The translations under genes were made by a program, and so were the position numbers. A DNA stretch of 47,401 bases. Origin: a virus. Its lineage: Duplodnaviria; Caudoviricetes. Positions 35,655-43,613 of this stretch are shown piece after piece (positions within the stretch are counted from its first letter, which is position 1; each line of letters opens with the position of its first letter). The notes below the pieces were generated by a model. The model was not told where the DNA came from, did no database searches, and saw nothing but the letters and a program-made list of their open reading frames with translations. The stretch is taken from positions 1 through 47,401 of the IMG/VR virus record IMGVR_UViG_3300049189_000021; one strand, given 5' to 3'.

Positions 35655-35975
35655 ATGAGTGATGATGAAATGTATATCAAATCGAACAACACCTACAACA
35701 CTGGCGGCGGCTGCATGATGAAAGAACTGGTTATCGAAAACGGCGGCGAGCTAAAGTCCATCACGATTACTGCGGAAGCTATCGTAGGCAACAACATCGT
35801 GTGGTACGACTCAGAAACTGAACTAGACCACTTTGATAATGTACTGTGGATTGTCACAGATGTTGAATCACTGAGCTGCATACCAACAGTGCTACAGACT
35901 ATTGTAGTTAAAGAGTACGACAGTTTCTGCGCTAAGCACCATGACGAACCAACAATTACAAAGGGGGCTAAATAA
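35655..35975 (+). CDS. Hypothetical acidic early protein
   Basis: Directly downstream of the promoter; start could be the second ATG (MYIK). Confidence 0.7.
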   Translation: MSDDEMYIKSNNTYNTGGGCMMKELVIENGGELKSITITAEAIVGNNIVWYDSETELDHFDNVLWIVTDVESLSCIPTVLQTIVVKEYDSFCAKHHDEPTITKGAK

Positions 35976-35977
35976 CA

Positions 35978-36067
35978 ATGACGAAACTAGTAGGTTACAG
36001 CGGTACTGGCAAGGGCTTGCGGAAATACCTTCGCGAATTACTCGTTGCGGTGGCTAAGGCTGAGTAA
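35978..36067 (+). CDS. 29-aa basic peptide
   Basis: AAGGGGG SD; MTKLVGYSGTGKGLRKYLRELLVAVAKAE. Confidence 0.6.
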   Translation: MTKLVGYSGTGKGLRKYLRELLVAVAKAE

Positions 36068-36144
36068 CTCTCAGCTTGGCTTTCCGCCACCAAGTGGTCC
36101 CGACCAGTCTGTGATCTACCAGTTCGTGGTAATGCACAGTGTTC

Positions 36145-36184
36145 AAATTTGCTGATGTACATCCGCTTGGAAGTATGATATAAT
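36145..36184 (+). promoter_or_regulatory. SigmaA-type early promoter
   Basis: AAATTTGCTGA-TGTACA-N17-TATAAT with TG. Confidence 0.75.
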
Positions 36185-36224
36185 TAAATAGTAAACAAAT
36201 CCAATTAGAAACGAGTGGTAATCA

Positions 36225-36671
36225 ATGGATCAAAAGAAAATCAATCATTTACTGTCAGTCGTAGAATTTGCTAAGAACTTTCACAAGTCAAATCAAGGCG
36301 AGGACAATCCACTGAACTATGGTCCACAACCGATTCAAAAATTCATCGCTGATGTACCATGGAACGATGCGAAACAATACAGTGACTATCTTGAAACTGT
36401 GGATCGTGAATTACAAGAGTTGAGTGATGAACTGAAGGTTACTTACGATAAGACTCAGCAAGACATCATCACGGAAGACATCATACCGATGGAACACCAC
36501 TTAAATGAAACACTGAATAACATTCTCGATAATGAAAATAATATAATAGATGATCAGCACTTCATTATTACCTTCATGGGTAAATCATTCGTGATAGACT
36601 ACAATGCTGATTCATGGGACTCGATGATGGAGTTAGTCAAAGTTGAGAAAGGTTACCACGGATTGAAGTAA
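36225..36671 (+). CDS. Hypothetical acidic early protein
   Basis: Monocistronic unit between a promoter and a hairpin. Confidence 0.75.
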   Translation: MDQKKINHLLSVVEFAKNFHKSNQGEDNPLNYGPQPIQKFIADVPWNDAKQYSDYLETVDRELQELSDELKVTYDKTQQDIITEDIIPMEHHLNETLNNILDNENNIIDDQHFIITFMGKSFVIDYNADSWDSMMELVKVEKGYHGLK

Positions 36672-36677
36672 CTGAAT

Positions 36678-36696
36678 GGCCGCTACGGCGGCTTTA
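36678..36696 (+). terminator. cUACGg tetraloop hairpin (probable terminator)
   Basis: GCCGC-TACG-GCGGC-TTT; a second such hairpin at 39381-39398. Confidence 0.55.
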
Positions 36697-36778
36697 AGTT
36701 TGCGGTCAAACAGTCACGACCAGTCAATGATCTACCAGTTAGTGGACATGACCGGTCGGGCTGAGTCCGCGCCACGGC

Positions 36779-36804
36779 AAAAAGAAAGACTGCAGTTAGC
36801 AGTC
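36779..36804 (-). terminator. Intrinsic terminator with stop codon in loop
   Basis: GACTGC-TAACT-GCAGTC-TTTCTTTTT on the minus strand. Confidence 0.7.
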
Positions 36805-37248
36805 AGTCACTGTAATCTTTATCGGCAAGTATTGCATCAAGTACTGAAATGCAAGCTGATCATGTAATGCAGCTTCTGTATCTTCCGTAGTGTAGCAGCA
36901 CTTGACATCATCATCAGTGAAGCAGTATACTACAGAATCTGCATGTTCTAATTGCAACTGAACTAATTTGTAGTTGCTGTGTTCTGCATCAAATGCATCA
37001 ACACTCGATGGCTGCCATTCGTACTTGACAAGATCAATATCGTGTGTTACTTCAGTATCGTATGTCAATTCAGTTCTATGGAATAATGCAGTTCTGATGT
37101 AAGTATCCATTGCTTGCTCGTCAGAAATGTCAACTAGTTCCGAGTAGTACTCATTGATCCAAGACTTTACTACTGCAAGGTCACTCGGCACTTTGAAACC
37201 TTCCGGATCTAATTTGAACTGAATGTTACTTACGATTAATTTTAACAT
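36796..37248 (-). CDS. Hypothetical acidic early protein
   Basis: AAAGGA SD; own promoter at 37280-37312. Confidence 0.75.
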   Translation of the reverse strand: MLKLIVSNIQFKLDPEGFKVPSDLAVVKSWINEYYSELVDISDEQAMDTYIRTALFHRTELTYDTEVTHDIDLVKYEWQPSSVDAFDAEHSNYKLVQLQLEHADSVVYCFTDDDVKCCYTTEDTEAALHDQLAFQYLMQYLPIKITVTDC

Positions 37249-37279
37249 TTGAACACTTCCTTTTCTTAAGTATAAATTA

Positions 37280-37312
37280 ATTATATCATATTTTTAAGAA
37301 GTTGTACATCAG
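37280..37312 (-). promoter_or_regulatory. SigmaA-type early promoter
   Basis: CTGA-TGTACA-N17-TATAAT with TG. Confidence 0.75.
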
Positions 37313-37377
37313 ATCTTTTCTCGGCCGCAGCACCACTCGGGCAGTCACGACCGGACCGGAAGTACTCTACGGGAAAT

Positions 37378-37417
37378 AAATTTGCTGGTTTACAACTTTG
37401 TAAAAATATGGTATAAT
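37378..37417 (+). promoter_or_regulatory. SigmaA-type early promoter
   Basis: AAATTTGCTGG-TTTACA-N17-TATAAT with TG. Confidence 0.75.
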
Positions 37418-37462
37418 TAATTTATGAAAGCGATTACATTACCTATTGCAAGGAGCTGAAGT

Positions 37463-37639
37463 ATGACTTACTGTATACACTGCGAGCAACTGACAATCAC
37501 ATCCAGATGCCAGACACTGTACGAATTCAAAACAGGCTTTAAGCGGATTCACGGTATCCAATTCAATCTATCAATATGTATAGGAGCTGATAATCATGTT
37601 CAAGTATCAAGTAGTACTAGTCAAGCCAAACAAAGCTGA
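37463..37639 (+). CDS. Small Cys protein, DUF3973-like (58 aa)
   Basis: AAGGAG SD; MTYCIHC...FKTGF...FNLSIC pattern. Confidence 0.55.
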   Translation: MTYCIHCEQLTITSRCQTLYEFKTGFKRIHGIQFNLSICIGADNHVQVSSSTSQAKQS

Positions 37640-38063
37640 GGTAGAAATTGCAATCGTTGACAAACTTACAGAGGTGCCGAATCTACTCAATACTATTCAA
37701 TACGTCGGTAGCTGGATTACACCAATGCGTAAGTTGTTATCCTACGGACGAGGCGAAATTATCATACGAGAAATAGAACCTCAACCAATGCTCGCTGGCA
37801 ACCGAATCATCACCGCAGGCTCCAGACTTATCCACGAATTACTGGTAGCTAACCACCCAACCATACGAACTATATGCATGAGCAATGATCACTGGGTCGC
37901 ATACAATTGTTTATATTCAGAAGTCCGCGGAAACGAAAGCATTCTATTCCAAGCACGGAACTTCACGATGTTAGCAGATCTCGCCGGCAAAGACTTGGCA
38001 TATGGGTGTCTACAGTACCATGAAGCGTACTTATCCTCTACAGATGTCAAGGGCGCTGGTTAA
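37596..38063 (+). CDS. Hypothetical early protein
   Basis: AGGAG SD; 155 aa. Confidence 0.7.
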   Translation: MFKYQVVLVKPNKAEVEIAIVDKLTEVPNLLNTIQYVGSWITPMRKLLSYGRGEIIIREIEPQPMLAGNRIITAGSRLIHELLVANHPTIRTICMSNDHWVAYNCLYSEVRGNESILFQARNFTMLADLAGKDLAYGCLQYHEAYLSSTDVKGAG

Positions 38064-38354
38064 CAGCCCCTTCTTAAATCAACGCCGAGCGGACGCGACT
38101 ATCCAGTGTCCGTTCTGTCTTTGCAAGTCCCGCGGCCACGACCAAACAATACCAAGGCTGCGCAAGCAGCACGGCTATGGAAATGCCGGCCGTGTTGATC
38201 TACCAGTTAGCGGACATGACCAGTCTGACTGTAGTACTCTTCACACGATCCGGTCAAAACTGCGCCACGGCGGCCAGCACCGCGACCACACCGCACCACC
38301 GCGGAAACGACCGAACTATACTGTGCCACCGCAACGCAGTGTTGCATGGAAAAC

Positions 38355-38394
38355 AAATTTGCTGATGTACAACCTCTTAGAAATATGATATAAT
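38355..38394 (+). promoter_or_regulatory. SigmaA-type early promoter
   Basis: AAATTTGCTGA-TGTACA-N17-TATAAT with TG. Confidence 0.75.
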
Positions 38395-38456
38395 TATTTT
38401 AGTGAGTGAGAAACACACGCTCAACAAAAATTACAAAGTGAAGGGATTGGTATTGA

Positions 38457-39371
38457 ATGAAGACTACTAACGGAGCAAACACTGCAACAACGAACGAGGT
38501 TGCAGAGCAAGAAACGAACATCGTCGCTGGACACTTTCCACAGACTGAAGAGGCTACACCAGTGATCAAGTCGCTAGAGGAACTCTTCGCTAAGCCGTTG
38601 ACTACAGTGATCGGTGGCGCTAATCAGTTAGAAAAGACTGCGCAACTTACACAGCTATCGAAAGACATCGCGGGCATTGTATGGGCTAAGGTAAATGCTA
38701 CATTGGCTGATGAAGCTACAACGGCTGAAGACAAGCAATCGTTGCTTGAGAAGTTCGCTAAGTCTGAGAAAGACAACGATCTGATGGATGCGTTGATCAG
38801 AGAGTTCTACGACATCGACATCACACCCGACTTCCTTGGTGATGTGTCAGAAGATGATTTGACTAAGATGCTCCGCAGCCAACAGTCGAAGCGCTCCCGT
38901 GCTAAGACTAAGAAAATGGACATGGAGAATTACATGTCGATGATGACAGGCGCTGTAGCTGAGAATCTTATCCGCAACACACTCGGTATGCCAAAAGCAT
39001 CTGGCGGCGGTACATCATCGAAGCTGACAGACTACAGTGACGAGAAAGTTGCTGAGTTGCTTGCGGATCCTGAGAAGCTTAAGAAGGCTATACGTAATGT
39101 GCAATCCAAGATATCCATTGCGAAATCGAAAGCTGGCTTCGACGCTGTCAATCCTGGTGAGCACTTTGCAGGACTACGACATGAAGAAGCGTTTCTGAAG
39201 GATCTCCGTAGTGCTGGTAATCAAGCCGCGGTACCTGTAGAAGCTGCCAAGGCTTTGGAAACTGTATCGGCTATGGAAGATCAATTGGCTGATGTAGACA
39301 TCGAGGCTATGGACCCTGCCGATGCTAAAGAGTTGATGAAGCAAATGCAACAGATGCTGGCATCGAAGTAA
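38457..39371 (+). CDS. Early protein with two helical repeats (paralog family with 33520)
   Basis: Repeats SEDDLTKMLRSQQSKRS and DPEKLKKAIRNVQSKIS. Confidence 0.85.
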   Translation: MKTTNGANTATTNEVAEQETNIVAGHFPQTEEATPVIKSLEELFAKPLTTVIGGANQLEKTAQLTQLSKDIAGIVWAKVNATLADEATTAEDKQSLLEKFAKSEKDNDLMDALIREFYDIDITPDFLGDVSEDDLTKMLRSQQSKRSRAKTKKMDMENYMSMMTGAVAENLIRNTLGMPKASGGGTSSKLTDYSDEKVAELLADPEKLKKAIRNVQSKISIAKSKAGFDAVNPGEHFAGLRHEEAFLKDLRSAGNQAAVPVEAAKALETVSAMEDQLADVDIEAMDPADAKELMKQMQQMLASK

Positions 39372-39380
39372 GATACCTAC

Positions 39381-39405
39381 GGGTCGCTACGGCGGCCCTA
39401 TCTTT
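39381..39405 (+). terminator. cUACGg tetraloop hairpin (probable terminator)
   Basis: GGGTCGC-TACG-GCGGCCC-TATCTTT. Confidence 0.55.
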
Positions 39406-39422
39406 ACCAAGGAGTGATATGG

Positions 39423-39566
39423 ATGAAGCTAAAAGACAACGAGATTATTAACCAGTACGATCTACAGTGTGAATTGTGCGGTCACAAAGCCATAATACTG
39501 GCTCGCGTAGAATGTATGATGATATGTAGATCGTGCGTTAAGACTGCCATAGTAGCTACTGAATGA
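39423..39566 (+). CDS. 47-aa C4 Zn-finger protein
   Basis: AAGGAG SD; CELC...ICRSC. Confidence 0.6.
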   Translation: MKLKDNEIINQYDLQCELCGHKAIILARVECMMICRSCVKTAIVATE

Positions 39567-39736
39567 TCCATGCGCTAATCTTCATTGCCTTGGTGTTCAT
39601 CATCTTGCGCGGACTCGCTCGACAGGATAAGAAAGCCAAGAGTGAAGCTGCATTGATCGCACGAGACAAGCAGCGTAGACATGCCGCCAAGATGAAACGA
39701 CTCCGTGCAAAGGAAGAAGAACTGACCCGTAGATAG
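39563..39736 (+). CDS. 57-aa membrane-anchored basic protein
   Basis: ATGA overlap; MIHALIFIALVFIIL followed by a basic helix. Confidence 0.6.
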   Translation: MIHALIFIALVFIILRGLARQDKKAKSEAALIARDKQRRHAAKMKRLRAKEEELTRR

Positions 39737-39762
39737 CTGCGGGTCGAGAAAGGAGGCAGCGA

Positions 39763-39876
39763 ATGACAGTCAAAAAATGTCCTAAGTGTGGCTGCAGGCT
39801 ACATTACTACAATGGATTGTATACCTGTACAGATGAGCACTGCGATTACAGTAGAGATACAACGACTGATAAATGA
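39763..39876 (+). CDS. 37-aa Zn-ribbon protein
   Basis: AAAGGAGG SD; CPKCG...CTDEHCDY. Confidence 0.65.
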   Translation: MTVKKCPKCGCRLHYYNGLYTCTDEHCDYSRDTTTDK

Positions 39877-39905
39877 GTCCAGCTATGCTGGGCTTTTTCT
39901 TTTTG
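39876..39905 (+). terminator. Intrinsic terminator
   Basis: AGTCCAGC-TAT-GCTGGGCT-TTTTCTTTTT. Confidence 0.75.
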
Positions 39906-39915
39906 CCTGCGCTGC

Positions 39916-40026
39916 GGCGACCCCGCGGCGCTGATCTACCAGTTGGTGGAAACAGCCGGATTGGCGTAAGCAACCCTGGGATCGGGCGACGCCGCGGCGC
40001 TGATCTACCAGTTGGTGGAAATAGCC
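39916..40026. repeat. 42-bp direct repeat x2 containing TGATCTACCAGTT
   Basis: 39916-39957 and 39985-40026, two mismatches, 27-nt spacer. Confidence 0.9.
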
Positions 40027-40304
40027 AGCTTGCATCGCATAGCGCTTCGCCGCGGCCACGACTAGCCATTGCAATGCTGCGCCACAGTGCTATAATACTT
40101 CCGACCGGTCGTAACTGCGGCCGCGTTCTACAGTATAAAAGCTGGATACAGGGACCCAGCGGCCCTGGGATGCATTTGTGGAGGATGGAAGTGAGTCTGT
40201 TCTTCAGCAACCCGGGGTTGAGCGAGCCGCGCGGCGTCGGGCCTAGGGTTTGGTGGCATAAAACCAATACGGCCTGTATATACGCGCGCGGGCGTTAGAC
40301 TTTC

Positions 40305-40790
40305 AATCTTATCATCTTATAATCTTACATGTTCCATTTTAATCAATAAATCTTATAATCTTTGTATCTTCGCAAATAAATAAAAATAATGGCTATTTAA
40401 AATATAAAAATTAAATATATTTGTTTGGCTACATAACTACAGACATGAAGAGCTGGTAAAGAACTAATAAAAATATAAATATCAAGATATAGATCTATAT
40501 ATAATAATAAACTTTCAATTATTTATTTGTACTTATATCTTATTTTATTTATTGTAGTATTTAGAACGGCACTTGTTCCGACCTCTGTGTAGATTAAGGC
40601 TCACAAATAAATATAATTAAAAATCAAAATTAAAATAGCTCTTTTTTATTTTTGTTTGCCAAGATGCTAAGATTATAAGTTAAATTAAATAACGTGTAGA
40701 CTCCGTGGATTTCTTAAACCCTTACGTACCTAGGGTTGCGGGGTTGCATCTTGATTATCTTATAAATTATCCAATAATCTTATAATCCAC
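40305..40790. repeat. AT-rich element with ATCTT iterons (8-nt period) and a ~75-bp inverted repeat (ori-like)
   Basis: ATCTTATCATCTTATAATCTTA and ATCTTATAATCTTTGTATCTT; mirrored AAGATGCTAAGATTATAAG near 40661-40679. Confidence 0.6.
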
Positions 40791-40818
40791 ACAAACCTAA
40801 AAATAAATATTTATTTGG

Positions 40819-40850
40819 TGTTATGGCTCGCGGGGTTGCTGCGTATAATA
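40819..40850 (+). promoter_or_regulatory. Putative late promoter
   Basis: TGTTAT-N16-GCGTATAATA followed by a GAGGAGG SD. Confidence 0.65.
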
Positions 40851-40871
40851 ATAATGAGGAGGCTGATAAAC

Positions 40872-41384
40872 ATGTTTAATTGCAAATTATGTCTAAGTAC
40901 TAAGGCTGATGAGGAACGTTCAAAGGCGGAGAAACACACGTGCCGGGAGTGCTGGGCTGACATCTCGTTCTACAAACGGAATATGAGTAATGCTGAGTTC
41001 CTGGATGTACACAAGTGGGCAAGGTTCAATACAATCAAGCAAACACTAGAAGCATCGAAAGCACGGGGTGGCTTTGTTCCAGGATTCTTCGGAGCGGTGT
41101 TGCAGTGGTACAGTTGCGGTACATGCGATAAAAACTTTGAGGCTGCGTCGCAGATAACCCTGTGCAATGCGTGCAAGTCCAGAGAGATCTCGTACAAGCA
41201 ACTGCTCAAGCTTAATGATCACATGAAACACGGCTCAAGAAAGTTACTTGAACACATAGCATACTACAACCAGAAGGAACGCGAGGGCAAGCATGTCCCT
41301 GAGTTTCATAAGGTCCTAAGGAGGAAATTGGATGATACGCAGAAAGCCGCCGCTGTACGGACTCGTAACGTGCACCAATCTTGA
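40872..41384 (+). CDS. Protein with two tandem C4 Zn-finger modules
   Basis: GAGGAGG SD before ATG 40872; CKLC/CREC and CGTC/CNAC. Confidence 0.7.
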   Translation: MFNCKLCLSTKADEERSKAEKHTCRECWADISFYKRNMSNAEFLDVHKWARFNTIKQTLEASKARGGFVPGFFGAVLQWYSCGTCDKNFEAASQITLCNACKSREISYKQLLKLNDHMKHGSRKLLEHIAYYNQKEREGKHVPEFHKVLRRKLDDTQKAAAVRTRNVHQS

Positions 41385-41604
41385 TAAAGCCTGTAGTTTC
41401 TGCTATGAAACTGAGGCGCTGGATACAAGCATCTACTGTGAAACTTGCAAGCGGGATCTACACACGTTCCGGATACTCAGAGGTAATAGAGGACGGCAGA
41501 ACAGTTATCGGCCTGAGACGCAAGCGTTTGCCAGGAAGGTAATGGAGACTGCGTTGCGGAATGAGACTAACAATCTACACGTACCTAAAGGAATACTGTA
41601 TTAA
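41332..41604 (+). CDS. C4 Zn-finger protein (same module as 40872)
   Basis: CSFC/CETC...HVPK. Confidence 0.65.
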   Translation: MIRRKPPLYGLVTCTNLDKACSFCYETEALDTSIYCETCKRDLHTFRILRGNRGRQNSYRPETQAFARKVMETALRNETNNLHVPKGILY

Positions 41605-41646
41605 AAGCAAGAGGCGCCCAACCGTAATGGTCAAGTGCCTCTTTTC

Positions 41647-41850
41647 TTATAGTTGCTCCATTCTGATGCGTCGCATAACCTCTGATGACTGTTGCTCAAC
41701 ATGATGTGAGGCTGCTCCCTGCACATGCACTGTAGCTGTACCGTCAAGGTTCGTCTGGATGCTGGTGATCTTATCGATGAAGACGAATAGCGTGTGGTGT
41801 GGCGATTTAAAGTCCGTCAGTGTAATGACCTTAGAGAACTCATCCTTCAT
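41647..41850 (-). CDS. Hypothetical protein
   Basis: GAGGA SD; last gene of a minus-strand run. Confidence 0.6.
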   Translation of the reverse strand: MKDEFSKVITLTDFKSPHHTLFVFIDKITSIQTNLDGTATVHVQGAASHHVEQQSSEVMRRIRMEQL

Positions 41851-42496
41851 AAGAATCCTCGTAGTCGTCGAAGCGCTTGAGCACTGCGTTCAAGGCTGTC
41901 CGATGAGTATCGTCGTAGACTGGTTTCAACTCGCCATTCAAGCCTGTCTGCGGCCTGTACTTCTTGGATAGATACTCGGCAGTGTCGTCCTGTAGAACCT
42001 CGGGGTCGTAGCCTGTCAGGTCTTTACCGAGCCATTCTACAAGCTCCGCTGGGATGACGTATTCAGGGCGGTTGCTTCCCGGTGCTACAGGGTACAGTCC
42101 AGACTCCTTAACATCATTCAGGTCCGAGATGGTTGCGTTGATGCGTTGCTTGGCCGCTAGTTGAGCCGAGTCGAGAGCTTCCTGGCGTCGCTGTATTTCT
42201 GCCTCCAGGCTATTGGTCATGCTTACCACCTTCGTAGTCCGCGACCCAATTCTTGGGGGCTTAAGGCCGGACGCCTCAAGAATACTATAAAGCTTGTCGA
42301 TGGTCTCCAATTCCTTACCCTCTTCTACAGACAATGTGCCCTTAGTCATTTTGCCTACCAGATACTTACGGCGCGTATTGACTGCTTCACATTGCTTACA
42401 CGTCTTGTAGTAGCCCTTCATTGGTGGATAGTACGGTCTGAACGCCGACTCCAGTTTGATCTCGCCACATTGTTGACACTTCTTAGTTGCTTCCAT
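41840..42496 (-). CDS. Protein with N-terminal C4 Zn finger
   Basis: KKCQQCGEIK..SAF...TCKQC. Confidence 0.75.
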   Translation of the reverse strand: MEATKKCQQCGEIKLESAFRPYYPPMKGYYKTCKQCEAVNTRRKYLVGKMTKGTLSVEEGKELETIDKLYSILEASGLKPPRIGSRTTKVVSMTNSLEAEIQRRQEALDSAQLAAKQRINATISDLNDVKESGLYPVAPGSNRPEYVIPAELVEWLGKDLTGYDPEVLQDDTAEYLSKKYRPQTGLNGELKPVYDDTHRTALNAVLKRFDDYEDSYEG

Positions 42497-42497
42497 G

Positions 42498-42794
42498 TTA
42501 GATGATTCCTCCTAGTGATTGTTCTGCTTCAGCAAGCAGGTCGTTGATTTCTACAAGACGCAGCTCAAGCCAGTTGATTGCGGTGTCTGTCAGATGAGCC
42601 TGTAGTACATCCTGATCCTTGATGGACGCGTGGGCGCCGTAGTACGTTTGGAATGTAATGCCTTGAACGCAAGCCTTACCAACGTCCTCGATCTTGTTAT
42701 TGTTAAGGAAGCCGTTGTTCTTCTTCAACCGTTCAAGCGTTTCACCAATTGATTCTTTCTCTTTCAGCAAGCCGATTAGCTTTTGAATACGCAT
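42498..42794 (-). CDS. Hypothetical protein
   Basis: GAGGAGG SD; in operon. Confidence 0.65.
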   Translation of the reverse strand: MRIQKLIGLLKEKESIGETLERLKKNNGFLNNNKIEDVGKACVQGITFQTYYGAHASIKDQDVLQAHLTDTAINWLELRLVEINDLLAEAEQSLGGII

Positions 42795-43050
42795 CTAGAA
42801 ATTCCTCCTCAGATATAATCCTCATATTTCTTGACTCAAGCATACTCTTTAATTCAGGCCAGTTACGAATAAGAATAGGTGCTATGATAACTACAGGCTG
42901 TGGTGCCATTCCTCTGAATGATTCAGTAGATGCTTTGATGTACCGGGTGGTTCCGACTTTGATGTTGCTCAGTCTTAGAAAAGTATGATAATGCCAGTTA
43001 TCTGGTGCTGTTGCTAGGATCGGCTCTTTTAAAGAATCTTGCGGCTTCAT
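42742..43050 (-). CDS. Hypothetical protein
   Basis: In operon; AAGGAGG SD upstream. Confidence 0.6.
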   Translation of the reverse strand: MKPQDSLKEPILATAPDNWHYHTFLRLSNIKVGTTRYIKASTESFRGMAPQPVVIIAPILIRNWPELKSMLESRNMRIISEEEFLDAYSKANRLAERERINW

Positions 43051-43372
43051 CTGCCAGCTGCCTCCTTAGTATAATTTCATACTGCAATAGGAACGCATCG
43101 AACTCGTCTTTCTTAAAAGCTACAATAGATCCAGTAGACCGTCTGCGGCCCATGTATGATGGCACGTTCTTAACAATGGTAGTGATTTCTTTATCATCGA
43201 ACTGTATCATCTCAGCAGCCAGCAGGTGCGTCCCAAGCACTAAAGATATTTCTTTTTGCATAGAGGTCAAGTGCCTTGGATCATCTACGTAATCTTCGCT
43301 GTATTCGAATGTTGCAAAGATCTCAGGCTCGATGCCCATCTCGAACATCACTTGCTTAGCTAAGTCCTTCAT
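42998..43372 (-). CDS. Hypothetical protein
   Basis: AGGAGG SD; in operon. Confidence 0.65.
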   Translation of the reverse strand: MKDLAKQVMFEMGIEPEIFATFEYSEDYVDDPRHLTSMQKEISLVLGTHLLAAEMIQFDDKEITTIVKNVPSYMGRRRSTGSIVAFKKDEFDAFLLQYEIILRRQLADEAARFFKRADPSNSTR

Positions 43373-43613
43373 CTCTCAAAGCCTCCTGTAGCTCTGGGTC
43401 GCTGGGTAACATGTCCCGCTCAGCCAGGCGTCGCTGTATTTCTTTATCCATAAGTCTCATGAGTGCTCTGTGCCGTATCTTGCCGATACCGTGCACCTTC
43501 TTAGCTGTTTCATACCACATACGATGAGTAGAATGAGTGCCTTCAATGTGTCCGTCGAAATATCCTGCCTGGTACGCAGCGGCCAGCCGTCGTTCGAGTT
43601 CTTTTGGTTTCAA
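43356..43613 (-). CDS. Hypothetical protein
   Basis: In operon; contains a VHGIG helix-hairpin-helix-like motif. Confidence 0.6.
   Translation of the reverse strand: MKPKELERRLAAAYQAGYFDGHIEGTHSTHRMWYETAKKVHGIGKIRHRALMRLMDKEIQRRLAERDMLPSDPELQEALRDEGLS

Noticed and set aside
38002-38388. ORFs 38002-38388, 38177-38365 (and 36676-36867)
   Set aside because: They span repeat-bearing spacers, terminators or promoters; their apparent shared peptide (IYQL.DMT) is just the DNA motif translated.
39916-40026. CRISPR mini-array or Cas12a-like repeat (TCTAC...GTGGA hairpin)
   Set aside because: Only two copies, no cas genes in the window, no AATTTCTAC handle, and the other motif copies break the stem; kept as a DNA motif.
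39782-40298. ORFs 39782-40267(-), 39873-40298(+), 39883-40074(-)
   Set aside because: They run through GC-rich repeats and a terminator, lack SD sequences and have low-complexity Arg/Pro/Gly translations.
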